A DNA stretch of 64,000 nucleotides, from NCBI GenBank assembly GCA_007695245.1, contig REEE01000213.1, forward strand, positions 3,906 through 67,905, in the 5' to 3' direction. This document shows, piece by piece, positions 1 to 10,890 of the stretch (positions are counted from its first letter, which is position 1; the number at the start of each line of letters is the position of its first letter). This DNA is from Candidatus Competibacteraceae bacterium (lineage in GTDB: Bacteria; Pseudomonadota; Gammaproteobacteria; Competibacterales; Competibacteraceae). Below the pieces are notes generated by a model. The model had not been told where the DNA came from. It saw nothing but the letters and a program-made list of their open reading frames with translations, and did not search any database. Made by a program: the position numbers and the translations under genes.

Positions 1-312
1 GACCAGTTGTTGGCCGCGCTGGCGGGTCGGCCCGTGGATCTAGTGCTGTCCGACCTGGCGCCCAACACCAGCGGCATCAAGGCGGTGGATCAGCCGCGCG
101 GGCTGTATCTGGCGGAATTGGCCCTGGATTTCGCTGGCCGCTGCCTGCGGCCCGGCGGCGATTTTCTGGTCAAGGCGTTTCAGGGCGAGGGCTTTGATGC
201 GTTTCTGCAAGCGCTGCGCGCCGCGTTCGTCACGGTGGTGCCGCGCAAGCCCCGGGCCTCGCGCGCCCGCAGCGCCGAGCAGTACCTGTTGGCCAGGAAC
301 TATCGCGGGTGA
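1..312 (+). CDS. rlmE: 23S rRNA (uridine-2'-O)-methyltransferase RlmE/FtsJ, C-terminal part (5' end outside the window)
   Basis: Frame 1 is open from base 1. The translation ...[34 protein letters not shown]...[11 protein letters not shown]...[23 protein letters not shown] matches the FtsJ-type MTase C-terminus. The position directly upstream of ftsH is the conserved rlmE-ftsH arrangement. Confidence 0.8.
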   Translation, partial: DQLLAALAGRPVDLVLSDLAPNTSGIKAVDQPRGLYLAELALDFAGRCLRPGGDFLVKAFQGEGFDAFLQALRAAFVTVVPRKPRASRARSAEQYLLARNYRG

Positions 313-426
313 AGGAGTCTAAAAATCCGCGTTTGAAACCCGAGACGCCAGGAGCAGGATCCCTCGGGTTTTCCTTAATTTTCCGATATTCCCGTTTGCA
401 GCGTTGAGGTGCACACCTTGAACGAC

Positions 427-2361
427 ATGGTCAAAAACATCCTTCTGTGGGTGGTCATCGCGGTTGTGCTGATGTCTGTATTCAACAGCTTCGGCCCCAA
501 AGTGACGCCGGCTGCCCAGATGTCCTACTCACAGTTCCTGCAGGAAGCCAAGCAGGGACGGATCGCGCAGGTCACGATTGAAGGCCGCGCCATCCAGGGT
601 CGGACCAGCGGCGGCGAGCGCTTCACCACCTACAGCCCGGAAACCGATAACACCGCCATGATCGGCGAGTTGCTCAACCACGGCGTGGATATCGAAGGGC
701 AACCGCCGGAGAAGCAAGGGCTGCTGATGCAGATCTTCATCTCCTGGTTCCCGATGTTGTTGTTGATCGGTATCTGGATCTTCTTCCTGCGCCAGATGCA
801 GGGCGGCGGCGCGGGCCGGGGCGCGATGTCGTTCGGCAAATCGCGGGCGCGGATGATGAGCGAGGACCAGATCAAGACCACCTTCGCCGACGTGGCCGGC
901 GTGGACGAAGCCAAGTCCGAGGTTGAGGAGCTGGTGGAGTTTTTGCGCGACCCCGGCAAGTTCCAGAAACTGGGCGGCAAGATTCCGCGCGGGGTGCTGA
1001 TGGTCGGTTCGCCCGGTACCGGCAAAACCCTGCTGGCCAAGGCGATCGCCGGCGAGGCCAAGGTTCCGTTCTTTTCGATCTCCGGTTCCGACTTCGTGGA
1101 GATGTTCGTGGGCGTCGGCGCCTCGCGGGTGCGCGACATGTTCGAGCAGGCCAAGAAGCACGCGCCCTGCATCATCTTCATCGACGAAATTGACGCCGTG
1201 GGCCGGCATCGCGGCGCGGGTCTCGGCGGCGGTCACGACGAGCGCGAGCAGACCCTGAATCAGTTGCTGGTCGAGATGGACGGCTTTGAGGGCAACGAAG
1301 GCATCATCGTCATCGCCGCGACCAACCGGCCGGACGTGCTGGATCCGGCGCTGCTGCGCCCCGGCCGCTTCGACCGGCAAGTCGTGGTGCCGCTGCCCGA
1401 CGTGCGCGGCCGCGAGCAGATTCTCAAGGTTCACATGCGCAAGGTGCCGCTGTCTGACAACGTCAAGCCGTCGGTCATCGCTCGCGGCACGCCGGGCTTC
1501 TCCGGGGCCGATCTGGCCAACCTGGTCAATGAAGCCGCCCTGTTTGCCGCGCGCGGCAACAAGCGCGATGTGGACATGGACGACTTCGAGAAGGCCAAGG
1601 ACAAGCTCATGATGGGCGCCGAGCGCAAGTCGATGGTGATGGGCGAAGACGAAAAGAAGCTCACCGCCTATCACGAAGCCGGTCACGCCATCGTCGGCCG
1701 GCTGGTGCCGGCGCACGATCCGGTCTACAAGGTCAGCATCATTCCGCGCGGGCGGGCGCTGGGCGTGACCATGTTCCTTCCGGAAGGCGATCGCTACAGC
1801 TTCAGCAAGCAGCGTCTGGAAAGTCAGATTTCCAGTCTGTTCGGCGGCCGGATCGCCGAATCGCTGATTTTTGGCCCGGACCTGGTGACCACCGGCGCCC
1901 AGAACGATATCGAACGCGCGACCGATATCGCCCGCAACATGGTCACGAAGTGGGGTCTGTCCGACCGGCTGGGACCGCTGACCTACACCGAGGACGACGG
2001 TGAAGTCTTTCTGGGGCGGTCGGTGACCCGTCACAAGAACGTTTCGGATGAGACCGCCCACGTGATCGACAATGAAATTCGCGCCATCATCGACCACAAT
2101 TACCAGCGTGCCGAGCAGTTGTTGCGGGATCACTTCGACAAACTGCACGCCATGGCCGAGGCGTTGATCAAATACGAAACGATCAACTCCGAGCAGATGG
2201 ACGACATCATGGCCGGGCGACCGCCGCGCGAGCCGGAAGACGCCGATTCCGATCAAAAGCCGCCGACGGCGAGTTCGAAAGCCAAGGTCGGCGGCGTGGA
2301 TCTGGGCAAGGACTCGGATCAGACCGAAGGTCCCATCGGGGGACCGGCCCAGCAGCATTGA
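427..2361 (+). CDS. ftsH: ATP-dependent zinc metalloprotease FtsH
   Basis: Two N-terminal TM segments, Walker [19 protein letters not shown], Walker [13 protein letters not shown], and the zinc motif HEAGHA. The ORF track starts at GTG 409. ATG 427 gives [19 protein letters not shown], like E. coli MAKNLILW. Confidence 0.97.
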   Translation: MVKNILLWVVIAVVLMSVFNSFGPKVTPAAQMSYSQFLQEAKQGRIAQVTIEGRAIQGRTSGGERFTTYSPETDNTAMIGELLNHGVDIEGQPPEKQGLLMQIFISWFPMLLLIGIWIFFLRQMQGGGAGRGAMSFGKSRARMMSEDQIKTTFADVAGVDEAKSEVEELVEFLRDPGKFQKLGGKIPRGVLMVGSPGTGKTLLAKAIAGEAKVPFFSISGSDFVEMFVGVGASRVRDMFEQAKKHAPCIIFIDEIDAVGRHRGAGLGGGHDEREQTLNQLLVEMDGFEGNEGIIVIAATNRPDVLDPALLRPGRFDRQVVVPLPDVRGREQILKVHMRKVPLSDNVKPSVIARGTPGFSGADLANLVNEAALFAARGNKRDVDMDDFEKAKDKLMMGAERKSMVMGEDEKKLTAYHEAGHAIVGRLVPAHDPVYKVSIIPRGRALGVTMFLPEGDRYSFSKQRLESQISSLFGGRIAESLIFGPDLVTTGAQNDIERATDIARNMVTKWGLSDRLGPLTYTEDDGEVFLGRSVTRHKNVSDETAHVIDNEIRAIIDHNYQRAEQLLRDHFDKLHAMAEALIKYETINSEQMDDIMAGRPPREPEDADSDQKPPTASSKAKVGGVDLGKDSDQTEGPIGGPAQQH

Positions 2362-2390
2362 GCCATTGGGCCATTGGGCCATTCTGAGTC

Positions 2391-3221
2391 ATGCGGCTGG
2401 ACTGCGCCGGCAGGGTGCTCGACCTGAGCTATCCCGCCGTGATGGGGGTGCTCAATGTCACCCCTGATTCCTTCTCCGATGGAGGGCATTACCTGCGGCT
2501 GGCCGATGCCTTGCGTCGCGCTGAAGCTCTGGTCGCGGAAGGCGCGGCGCTCGTCGATGTCGGCGGTGAATCGACCCGGCCGGGCGCGGCTCCGGTCTCG
2601 GTCGCTGAAGAACTGCGGCGGGTGCTGCCGGTGGTGGAGCGTCTGGCGCGCGAATTGCCGGTCCCGATTTCGATCGACACCAGCAAACCCGAGGTCATGC
2701 GCGAGGCGGTCTACGCCGGAGCGGGGTTGGTCAACGACGTGCGGGCGCTGCAGGCGCCCGGAGCGTTGGAAGTCGCTGCCGCCAGCGGTGTGCCGGTATG
2801 CCTGATGCACCTGCGGGGTCAACCCGCGACCATGCAACGGGAACCCCGCTACGCCGACGTGGTGACCGAGGTCCACGCTTTTCTGGCGGAACGGGTGCGG
2901 GCCTGCGAGAGCGTCGGCATCTCTCGCGACCGGATTCTGGTCGATCCCGGCTTCGGCTTCGGCAAGACTCTCGAACACAATCTATCCCTGCTGCGCCACC
3001 TGCACCGTTTCGTCGGGTTGGCGGCTGGAGTGCTCGTTGGTCTGTCGCGCAAGAGCCTGATCGGCGCCTTGCTGGACGCGCCGACCGACGCGCGTCTGAA
3101 CGGCAGCCTGGCCGCCGCGATCATCGCCGCCTGGCAGGGCGCGACGATCATCCGCGCCCACGACGTCCGGGAGACCGTGCAGGCTTTGCGCGTCTGCGCC
3201 GCCGTCCGGGAGGCGGCATGA
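2391..3221 (+). CDS. folP: Dihydropteroate synthase
   Basis: 276 aa with VMGVLNVTPDSFSDGG, DVGGESTRPGA and LVGLSRKS motifs. Conserved ftsH-folP-glmM order. Confidence 0.93.
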   Translation: MRLDCAGRVLDLSYPAVMGVLNVTPDSFSDGGHYLRLADALRRAEALVAEGAALVDVGGESTRPGAAPVSVAEELRRVLPVVERLARELPVPISIDTSKPEVMREAVYAGAGLVNDVRALQAPGALEVAAASGVPVCLMHLRGQPATMQREPRYADVVTEVHAFLAERVRACESVGISRDRILVDPGFGFGKTLEHNLSLLRHLHRFVGLAAGVLVGLSRKSLIGALLDAPTDARLNGSLAAAIIAAWQGATIIRAHDVRETVQALRVCAAVREAA

Positions 3222-3296
3222 CGGAGTGGGGTCTTTGGTGTGCGCCGTTTCTCGATCCCCGTTATAATCGCGCCGGGCTGAATTTAGGAGAATACG

Positions 3297-4637
3297 GTGA
3301 TGGGAAAACGCTATTTTGGTACGGATGGCATTCGCGGGCGGGTCGGCGAGCATCCGATCACGGCGGAGTTCATGTTGAAGTTGGGCTGGGCGGTCGGTCG
3401 GGTGTTGCAGACTCCGGGGTTCAACAAGGTCGTGATCGGCAAGGACACCCGCATTTCCGGCTACATGTTTGAGTCGGCCCTGGAAGCCGGACTGTCCGCC
3501 GCCGGTGTCAACATCGCCCTCCTGGGTCCCATGCCCACGCCGGGCATCGCGTATTTGACTCGCACTCTGCACGCTTGCGCCGGCATCGTGGTCAGCGCTT
3601 CCCACAACCCTTACTACGACAACGGCATCAAGTTCTTCTCCCGCGATGGCCAGAAGCTGCCTGATCAAGCCGAAGAACGCATCGAGGCGTTGCTGGAGCA
3701 GCCGCTGGTGACCGCCGAGCCCGATGCGCTGGGCAAGGCCGAGCGCATCGTCGACGCCGCCGGCCGTTATATCGAATTCTGCAAGAGCACGATTCCCGCC
3801 AGCACCAGTCTGGCGGGCCTGAAAATCGTGGTGGACTGCGCCCATGGTGCCACTTATTACGTGGCACCCAGCGTCTTCAACGAATTGGGCGCGACCGTGA
3901 TTCCCATCGGCGTCGCGCCCGATGGCCTGAATATCAATCAGGACTGCGGTTCGACGCATCCCGCGGTGCTATGCGAGACGGTCAAGCAGCACAATGCCGA
4001 TCTCGGTGTCGCGCTCGATGGCGATGGCGATCGGGTGATCATGGTGGATCACCGGGGCGAGATTCTGGATGGCGACGAACTGTTGTTCATCATCGCCCGC
4101 GACCGGTTGCGCGCCGGCAGCCGATTCAACGCCGTGGTCGGCACCCTGATGACCAATCTCGGGCTGGAGATGGCGCTGCGGGCGTTGGGGCTCGAGCTGC
4201 GCCGCGCCAGGGTCGGCGACCGCTACGTCATGGAGCAGTTGCTGGCCGAGAATTTGTTATTGGGCGGCGAAGGCTCCGGACACATCATCTGTCTGGACCG
4301 GACCTCGACCGGTGATGGCATTGTCTCCGCGCTGCAGGTCCTGTCGGCCATGCTGCGGTCCGAGAAAAGCCTGCACGATCTCAAAGCCGGCATGAGCAAG
4401 TATCCGCAAACACTGATCAACGTCTCGGTCACCGGGCGGGTCGATCTGGAGCGGGCACCGATTCAGGAGGCGGTGCGCGCCGCGGAAAGTCAGTTGGGCG
4501 ATCACGGCCGGGTGTTGCTGCGGCCGTCCGGGACCGAGCCGGTGGTGCGGGTCATGGTCGAGGGTGCCGACGCCGGTGCCGTCGAGCGTCACGCCCGGGA
4601 ATTGGCCGCCGTGGTCCGGGATACGCTGTCGGTTTAA
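3297..4637 (+). CDS. glmM: Phosphoglucosamine mutase
   Basis: 446 aa with [11 protein letters not shown] at the N-terminus, the active-site loop SASHNP, and DGDGDR. AGGAG lies 6 nt upstream of GTG 3297. An ATG follows at 3300. Confidence 0.95.
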   Translation: MMGKRYFGTDGIRGRVGEHPITAEFMLKLGWAVGRVLQTPGFNKVVIGKDTRISGYMFESALEAGLSAAGVNIALLGPMPTPGIAYLTRTLHACAGIVVSASHNPYYDNGIKFFSRDGQKLPDQAEERIEALLEQPLVTAEPDALGKAERIVDAAGRYIEFCKSTIPASTSLAGLKIVVDCAHGATYYVAPSVFNELGATVIPIGVAPDGLNINQDCGSTHPAVLCETVKQHNADLGVALDGDGDRVIMVDHRGEILDGDELLFIIARDRLRAGSRFNAVVGTLMTNLGLEMALRALGLELRRARVGDRYVMEQLLAENLLLGGEGSGHIICLDRTSTGDGIVSALQVLSAMLRSEKSLHDLKAGMSKYPQTLINVSVTGRVDLERAPIQEAVRAAESQLGDHGRVLLRPSGTEPVVRVMVEGADAGAVERHARELAAVVRDTLSV

Positions 4638-4700
4638 TTGATTTCCGGCGGCGAAGTCCGTAAGCTTGCCCGGTTTTTCTAAACGTGGGAGAAGAGCACA

Positions 4701-5453
4701 ATGCGCCGTAAACTCGTGGCTGGCAATTGGAAAATGAATGGCTCGGCGGACAGTAGCCGTGAACTGCTCCAGGGGATCCTGGGGGGCGCTGCCGAGGTTG
4801 CGGCGGTTGAATTGGCGGTATTCCCGCCCTTCGTGTACTTGGGGCTGGTCGAACAGGCGTTGTCCGGCACCGCTATCGTCTGGGGTACGCAGAATCTCTC
4901 CGAACATGCCTCGGGCGCGCATACCGGTGAAGTCGCCGGCCCGATGCTGAAGGACTTCCACTGCACCTACGTCATCGTCGGTCACTCGGAGCGGCGCACG
5001 CTGTACGGGGAAAGCGATGAGGTGGTCGCGCGCAAGTACGCCGCCGCGCGCAAATTCGGCTTGAAGCCGATTCTCTGCGTCGGCGAAACCCTGGAAGAGC
5101 GCGAGCAGGAGGTCACCGAGGCGGTGGTCGAGCGCCAGCTCAAGGCGGTGCTCGATCTGGAAGGGATCGCGAGTTTCGCTGATGCGGTCATCGCTTACGA
5201 ACCGGTTTGGGCGATCGGTACGGGCCGGACCGCAACCCCCGAGCAGGCCCAGGAAGTTCACGCCTTCATCCGCGCCCGATTGGCCGCGCACGATGCGGCG
5301 CTGGCGAATCAAGTGCGCATTCTGTACGGCGGCAGCGTCAAGGGTTCCAACGCCGCCGAATTGTTGGTCATGCCGGATATCGACGGGGGTCTGGTCGGCG
5401 GCGCTTCGCTCGACGCCAAGGACTTTCTGGCGATTGCCAAGGCAGGCTGTTAA
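4701..5453 (+). CDS. tpiA: Triosephosphate isomerase
   Basis: 250 aa with [27 protein letters not shown] and YGGSV motifs. Confidence 0.95.
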   Translation: MRRKLVAGNWKMNGSADSSRELLQGILGGAAEVAAVELAVFPPFVYLGLVEQALSGTAIVWGTQNLSEHASGAHTGEVAGPMLKDFHCTYVIVGHSERRTLYGESDEVVARKYAAARKFGLKPILCVGETLEEREQEVTEAVVERQLKAVLDLEGIASFADAVIAYEPVWAIGTGRTATPEQAQEVHAFIRARLAAHDAALANQVRILYGGSVKGSNAAELLVMPDIDGGLVGGASLDAKDFLAIAKAGC

Positions 5454-5462
5454 ACTGTCGCC

Positions 5463-5801
5463 ATGTTTCATACGTTGCTTCTTGTAGCCCATGTGATCAT
5501 CGCCGTCTCGCTGATCGGGCTGGTGCTGGTACAACAAGGCAAGGGTGCCGACGCAGGCGCGGCGTTCGGCGGCGGCTCGTCGGCGACCATGTTCGGGTCG
5601 CGCGGCTCCGCGTCGTTTCTGAGTCGCACGACCGCGGTCCTGGCCACGGCGTTCTTTTTCACCAGCCTGACGCTGGCCTATTTCGCGACGCAAACCTCGG
5701 CGCCGCGCAGCGTGATCGAGCGGGTACAGGTCGAACAAGCCGCCGAATCGCCCAGAATCGACGAGGGTCCGAGCGATGTGCCGCAACTGCCGCCGAGATA
5801 G
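5463..5801 (+). CDS. secG: Preprotein translocase subunit SecG
   Basis: 112 aa with two TM segments and the LVLVQQGKGADAGAAFGGG signature. Followed by tRNA-Leu, as in the E. coli secG-leuU arrangement. Confidence 0.85.
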   Translation: MFHTLLLVAHVIIAVSLIGLVLVQQGKGADAGAAFGGGSSATMFGSRGSASFLSRTTAVLATAFFFTSLTLAYFATQTSAPRSVIERVQVEQAAESPRIDEGPSDVPQLPPR

Positions 5802-5828
5802 CGGCGGAATATAGATAAGTTTTTCTGT

Positions 5829-5913
5829 GCCGATGTGGTGGAACTGGTAGACACGCTAGCTTGAGGGGTTAGTGGCGCGAGCCGTGCCGGTTCGAGTCCG
5901 GCCATCGGCACCA
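5829..5913 (+). tRNA. tRNA-Leu(GAG), long variable arm, encoded CCA
   Basis: GCCGATGTGGTGGAACTGGTAGACAC...CTAGC-TTGAGGG-GTTAG...GGTTCGAGTCCGGCCATCGGCACCA. I folded the cloverleaf by hand. The anticodon loop reads TTGAGGG. Confidence 0.9.
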
Positions 5914-5925
5914 AAATAATTGTGC

Positions 5926-5953
5926 GGCATTCCGGGCTAATCGCCGGGATGCC
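5926..5953 (+). terminator. Stem-loop just downstream of tRNA-Leu (possible terminator or processing hairpin)
   Basis: ggcattccgg-gctaatcg-ccgggatgcc forms a 10-bp stem including one G-U pair. There is no clear U-tract afterwards. Confidence 0.3.
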
Positions 5954-6217
5954 ACTAAATTCTCCGAGTGCCCTGGTATTGAATTTGCCATGCTTTTAGG
6001 GAAGAGACTGGCAATGATTACCCATGAGGTTCCAAAGTCCATGTGGCGTTTCAACGATAAAAATCCGATACCGCCCCGACTCCTGTCCCCGCACCGCCCT
6101 GGGGGATGCCTTGGCCTCCCTGAAAAGCCGTGATTTCCATCCACGCCGAGTCTGTTGTTCATTACCCCCTAATTCCCCATTATTCCCTCGGCCCGCCATG
6201 TCGAAGGTGCAACCCTG

Positions 6218-6574
6218 ATGTTGTCCAATTACCTTCCCGTCCTGATTTTCATAATGATCGCTCTCGTGATGGCCGGCGCACTCATCGGCCTCGGTTCCTT
6301 TATGGGTCCCAACCGACCCGACAGTGAAAAACTGTCGCCTTACGAGTGCGGTTTCGAAGCCTTCGAAGATTCCCGGATGAAATTTGATGTCCGCTATTAC
6401 CTGGTGGCCATCCTGTTCATCATCTTCGATCTGGAAATCGCTTTCCTGTTTCCGTGGGCGATCGTGCTCGACGAGATCGGCTGGTTTGGTTTTGCCTCGA
6501 TGGTGGTTTTTCTCGGCATCCTGGTGGTCGGGTTCGTTTACGAGTGGAAAAAAGGAGCCTTGTCATGGGAATAG
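6218..6574 (+). CDS. nuoA: NADH-quinone oxidoreductase subunit A
   Basis: 118 aa with 3 TM segments and [10 protein letters not shown]...[15 protein letters not shown]. Confidence 0.93.
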   Translation: MLSNYLPVLIFIMIALVMAGALIGLGSFMGPNRPDSEKLSPYECGFEAFEDSRMKFDVRYYLVAILFIIFDLEIAFLFPWAIVLDEIGWFGFASMVVFLGILVVGFVYEWKKGALSWE

Positions 6575-7041
6575 AAGGTATTCTCGAAAAGGGCGTGGTG
6601 ACCACTACGGCCGACAAGCTGATCAACTGGGCCCGCACGGGTTCGATGTGGCCGATGACCTTCGGTCTGGCGTGTTGCGCGATGGAAATGATGCACGCGG
6701 GCGCGGCCCGCTACGACTTGGACCGGTTCGGCATCGTCTTCCGACCCAGTCCCCGCCAGTCCGATGTCATGATCGTCGCCGGCACCCTGTGCAACAAAAT
6801 GGGGCCGGCGTTCCGCAAAGTCTACGACCAGATGCCCGAGCCGCGCTGGGTGATCTCCATGGGGTCCTGCGCCAACGGCGGGGGGTACTACCACTACTCC
6901 TATGCGGTGGTGCGCGGTTGCGACCGTATCGTGCCGGTGGATATTTACGTGCCTGGCTGCCCGCCGACCGCGGAAGCGCTGATCTACAGCATCCTGCAAT
7001 TGCACGAAAAGATTCGCCGCACTAATACCATCGCCCGCTGA
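6565..7041 (+). CDS. nuoB: NADH-quinone oxidoreductase subunit B (N2 cluster)
   Basis: ATG 6565 overlaps the nuoA stop. Motifs: [37 protein letters not shown]. The ORF-track start at 6454 lies inside nuoA and was rejected. Confidence 0.93.
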   Translation: MGIEGILEKGVVTTTADKLINWARTGSMWPMTFGLACCAMEMMHAGAARYDLDRFGIVFRPSPRQSDVMIVAGTLCNKMGPAFRKVYDQMPEPRWVISMGSCANGGGYYHYSYAVVRGCDRIVPVDIYVPGCPPTAEALIYSILQLHEKIRRTNTIAR

Positions 7042-7051
7042 GAGCATTCGC

Positions 7052-7765
7052 ATGGCCGACACGCTACAGACTTTCGTGGAACAACTCCAAGCCCGCTTTG
7101 GCGAGGCCCTGCTGGAATGCCGGTTGCATCGCGATGAAGTCACGATTGTGGTTCCATCGGTCCAGGCTATCGCGGTCTTGACCGCGCTGCGCGACGAGCC
7201 GGAATTCGCCTTCGAACAACTCATGGATTTGTGCGGGGTGGATTACTCGGCCTATGGTGAAGTGGAGTGGGCGACCGGCGAATCCACCAACCAGGGCTTC
7301 AGCCGCGGGGTGGTGGAGCGGGCCACCGGACGTGGGCCGACCGCCGTCCAACATGCGGTCTTGAAGAAATCCCCGGCGCATCAGAGTCGGTTCGCCGCCG
7401 TCTATCAGTTGTTGTCGATCGCCCACAACCAGCGGTTGCGGGTCCGGGTGTTCGCGCCCGACGACGACTTGCCGGTGGTCCCCTCCGTGGTCTCCCTCTG
7501 GGTGTCGGCCAACTGGTACGAGCGCGAGGCGTTCGATCTGTTCGGCATCGTGTTCGAGGAACATCCGGACCTGCGACGCATCCTGACCGATTATGGATTT
7601 ATCGGCCATCCGTTCCGCAAGGATTTTCCGCTGATCGGTCACGTCGAGATGCGCTACGACCCCGAGCGCGGCCGGGTGGTTTACGAGCCGGTCAGCATCG
7701 AATCGCGGGTTCTGGTGCCCCGCGTGATCCGCAAGGAAAGCCATTATCAGCCCGAGTCGCCTTAA
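7052..7765 (+). CDS. nuoC: NADH-quinone oxidoreductase subunit C (not fused to NuoD), carrying an internal insertion
   Basis: 237 aa with DLCGVDY...[10 protein letters not shown]...[41 protein letters not shown]. Confidence 0.92.
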   Translation: MADTLQTFVEQLQARFGEALLECRLHRDEVTIVVPSVQAIAVLTALRDEPEFAFEQLMDLCGVDYSAYGEVEWATGESTNQGFSRGVVERATGRGPTAVQHAVLKKSPAHQSRFAAVYQLLSIAHNQRLRVRVFAPDDDLPVVPSVVSLWVSANWYEREAFDLFGIVFEEHPDLRRILTDYGFIGHPFRKDFPLIGHVEMRYDPERGRVVYEPVSIESRVLVPRVIRKESHYQPESP

Positions 7766-7780
7766 CCGAGAACGCCGTCG

Positions 7781-9040
7781 ATGCCTGAGATTCGCAACTA
7801 CACCCTGAACTTTGGGCCGCAACATCCCGCCGCCCACGGCGTGTTGCGGCTGGTGCTGGAAATGGATGGCGAAGTGGTGCAGCGCGCCGATCCACACATC
7901 GGCTTGTTGCACCGCGCCACGGAAAAACTGGCCGAGAGCAAACCGTTCAACCAAAGCATCGGCTACATGGACCGGCTCGACTATGTGTCCATGATGTGCA
8001 ACGAACACGGCTACGTGCTGGCCATCGAGAAGTTGCTGGGCATCGAACCGCCGGTGCGCGCCCAGTACATCCGGGTCATGTACGCGGAAATCACTCGCCT
8101 GCTCAATCATCTGCTATGGATCGGCGCGCACGGTCTGGATATCGGTGCCATGACCATGTTTATTTACGCGTTCCGCGAGCGCGAGGATTTGCTGGACTGC
8201 TACGAGGCGGCCTCCGGGGCGCGGTTGCACGCAACCTATTTCCGGGTCGGCGGGGTCTATCGCGATCTGCCGGATGCGATGCCCAAGTACACCTACGAAG
8301 ATTCGAAGTATCACAGCAGGAAGGACGTGGACGAACGGAATACTCATCGCCAGGGTTCGTTGCTCGATTTTATTGAGGCCTTCACCGAGCGCTTCCCGCA
8401 AAAAGTCGATGAATATGAAACCCTGCTCACCGAAAACCGGATCTGGAAACAGCGCACGGTGGGGATCGGAGTCGTGACGCCCGAGCGCGCCCTGCAACTC
8501 GGTTTTTCGGGGCCGATGCTGCGAGGTTCCGGCATCGCTTGGGACCTGCGCAAGAAACAGCCCTATGAAGTGTACGACCGACTGGATTTCGACATTCCGG
8601 TGGGCGTCAACGGCGACTGTTACGACCGCTATCTGGTCCGGATGGAGGAAATGCGCCAGTCCAACCGGATCATCCGGCAGTGCGTGGAGTGGCTGAAGCG
8701 CAATCCCGGACCGGTGATGATCGAGGATTACAAGATCGGACCGCCGCCGCGGGAGAAGATGAAAGAGGACATGGAAGCGCTCATCCATCACTTCAAGCTG
8801 TTCACGGAAGGCTATTGCGTGCCCGAGGGTGAAGTTTACGTCGCCACCGAGCATCCCAAGGGCGAATTCGGGATTTACCTGATTTCCGACGGTGCCAACA
8901 AACCCTACCGGCTCAAGGTCCGGGCGCCGGGTTTCGCTCATCTGTCGTCCATGGACGAGATGGCGCGCGGCCACATGCTGGCCGACGTGGTGGCTATCAT
9001 CGGCACGCAGGATATCGTCTTCGGGGAGATCGACCGCTAA
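7781..9040 (+). CDS. nuoD: NADH-quinone oxidoreductase subunit D
   Basis: 419 aa with [27 protein letters not shown] and a C-terminal DIVFGEIDR. Confidence 0.96.
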   Translation: MPEIRNYTLNFGPQHPAAHGVLRLVLEMDGEVVQRADPHIGLLHRATEKLAESKPFNQSIGYMDRLDYVSMMCNEHGYVLAIEKLLGIEPPVRAQYIRVMYAEITRLLNHLLWIGAHGLDIGAMTMFIYAFREREDLLDCYEAASGARLHATYFRVGGVYRDLPDAMPKYTYEDSKYHSRKDVDERNTHRQGSLLDFIEAFTERFPQKVDEYETLLTENRIWKQRTVGIGVVTPERALQLGFSGPMLRGSGIAWDLRKKQPYEVYDRLDFDIPVGVNGDCYDRYLVRMEEMRQSNRIIRQCVEWLKRNPGPVMIEDYKIGPPPREKMKEDMEALIHHFKLFTEGYCVPEGEVYVATEHPKGEFGIYLISDGANKPYRLKVRAPGFAHLSSMDEMARGHMLADVVAIIGTQDIVFGEIDR

Positions 9041-9549
9041 TGACCGCAACGAGTGCGCCAAGCAGCGAAAACCTGCTGTCAGCCCATGCCCGGGCGGAAA
9101 TCGACCGCTGGCTGACCCGCTATCCCCCCGACCGCAAGCAGTCCGCCGTGCTGGCCGCGCTGCGCGAGGTGCAGCATGAAAACGGTGGGTATCTGACGAC
9201 GGAGCTGATGGACGCGGTGGCTGATTATCTCGACCTGCCACCCATCGTGGTCTACGAGGCCGCGAGTTTTTACTCGATGTTCGAACTGAAACCGGTCGGC
9301 CGGCACAGCATTTCGGTCTGCACGAATATTTCCTGCCTGTTGCGCGGCGGCGACGCCATTCTGGCGCACCTCGAAAAGAAACTCGGCGTCAAGCTCGGGG
9401 AGAGCACCCCGGATGGGAAGTTCTACCTGAAGCGGGAAGAAGAATGTCTGGCCGCCTGCTGCGGAGCGCCCATGATGCAGGTCGACCATGTCTATCACGA
9501 GCATTTGACGCCCGAAAAGGTCGATCGGGTGCTCGATAGCCTGGAGTGA
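9040..9549 (+). CDS. nuoE: NADH-quinone oxidoreductase subunit E ([2Fe-2S])
   Basis: 169 aa. ATGA overlap with the nuoD stop. All four cluster cysteines are present (VCTNISC ... CLAAC). Confidence 0.93.
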   Translation: MTATSAPSSENLLSAHARAEIDRWLTRYPPDRKQSAVLAALREVQHENGGYLTTELMDAVADYLDLPPIVVYEAASFYSMFELKPVGRHSISVCTNISCLLRGGDAILAHLEKKLGVKLGESTPDGKFYLKREEECLAACCGAPMMQVDHVYHEHLTPEKVDRVLDSLE

Positions 9550-9555
9550 ACGGCG

Positions 9556-10851
9556 ATGGCCAATGAAGTCTGCTATCGGACGCTGGGTCTGGACCGGCCC
9601 TGGTCCATCGAGACCTACCGGAGTGTGGGCGGTTACGAGGCCTGGCAAAAGATCCTGGCCGGTGAACTGACTCCCGAGCAGGTGATCGACGAGGTCAAGA
9701 AATCCGGGTTGCGCGGCCGCGGCGGCGCTGGGTTCCCGATGGGCCTGAAATGGACCTTCATGCCGCGCACCGCGCCGGGCCAAAAATACGTCGTCTGCAA
9801 TTCCGACGAGTCCGAACCCGGCACCTGCAAAGATCGCGATATTCTGCGCTATAACCCGCACGCTCTGGTGGAAGGCATGGCCATCGCCGGCTTCGCGATC
9901 GGCGCCACGGTCGGCTACAACTATCTGCGCGGCGAGTTTCTGGACGAACCCTTCCAACGCTTCGAGGACGCGGTGCGGGATGCCTACGCCGCCGGTCTGT
10001 TGGGTAAGAACATCCAGGGATCGGGGATCGACTTCGATCTGTATGCGACCCTGGGCGCCGGAGCCTACATCTGCGGCGAGGAAACCGCCCTGCTGGAGTC
10101 GTTGGAAGGCAAAAAGGGTCAGCCCCGCTTCAAACCGCCGTTCCCGGCCAGCTACGGACTCTACGGCCGGCCGACCACCATCAACAATACTGAATCGTTA
10201 TCCTCGGTGCCGTCGATCATCCGCAACGGCGGCGAGTGGTTCGCCGATCTGGGCACCACCAACGCCGGCGGCACCAAGGCGTTCTCGGTGTCCGGCCACG
10301 TTGAGAGGCCCGGCAATTTCGAGGTCTCGCTCGGGATTCCCTTTACCGATCTACTGGCCCTGGCCGGCGGCGTCTGGAAGGGTCGCCAGCTTAAGGCGGT
10401 GATTCCGGGTGGTTCCTCGGTGCCGGTGGTGCCGGGCGACCTGATGCTGCAAGCCAACATGGATTATGACTCCATCTCCAAGGTCACCGGGTCGATGCTC
10501 GGCTCCGGCGCGGTGATCGTCATGGACGAGACCACGGATATGGTCAAGGTGCTGCAACGCATCTCGCGGTTCTACTTCTCTGAATCCTGCGGTCAATGCA
10601 CGCCGTGCCGCGAAGGCACCGGCTGGTTGTACCGGATGATCACCCGCATCATCGAGGGCAAGGGGCGGCCCGAGGATCTGGATCTGCTGGACAGCGTGGC
10701 CAGCCGCATCGAAGGGCACACGATTTGCGCGCTCGGCGATGCCGCCGCCATGCCGGTACGCAGCTTCGTCAAGCACTACCGTCACGAATTCGCCTATTAC
10801 ATCGAGCACAAGCGCAGCATGGTCGGCGGCGCGACGGTCCTGGCCGCCTAA
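9556..10851 (+). CDS. nuoF: NADH-quinone oxidoreductase subunit F (FMN/NADH site, N3)
   Basis: 431 aa with [43 protein letters not shown] and [12 protein letters not shown]. Confidence 0.96.
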   Translation: MANEVCYRTLGLDRPWSIETYRSVGGYEAWQKILAGELTPEQVIDEVKKSGLRGRGGAGFPMGLKWTFMPRTAPGQKYVVCNSDESEPGTCKDRDILRYNPHALVEGMAIAGFAIGATVGYNYLRGEFLDEPFQRFEDAVRDAYAAGLLGKNIQGSGIDFDLYATLGAGAYICGEETALLESLEGKKGQPRFKPPFPASYGLYGRPTTINNTESLSSVPSIIRNGGEWFADLGTTNAGGTKAFSVSGHVERPGNFEVSLGIPFTDLLALAGGVWKGRQLKAVIPGGSSVPVVPGDLMLQANMDYDSISKVTGSMLGSGAVIVMDETTDMVKVLQRISRFYFSESCGQCTPCREGTGWLYRMITRIIEGKGRPEDLDLLDSVASRIEGHTICALGDAAAMPVRSFVKHYRHEFAYYIEHKRSMVGGATVLAA

Positions 10852-10890
10852 GGCCGCGGAACCTCCCAATACGGTTGCAGCAGGTACAAG

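Noticed and set aside
529-2382. 617-aa ORF antisense to ftsH. Similar long antisense or out-of-frame ORFs: 22372-24120, 28573-29934, 35153-36418, 36703-37761, 37789-38895, 51278-52828, 54044-55723, 15862-16866 and 10903-12471.
   Set aside because: Each lies opposite or overlaps a gene with unmistakable homology. The translations are Arg/Gly/Ala/Pro-rich with no motifs, which is the usual stop-codon-poor antisense artefact of high-GC DNA.
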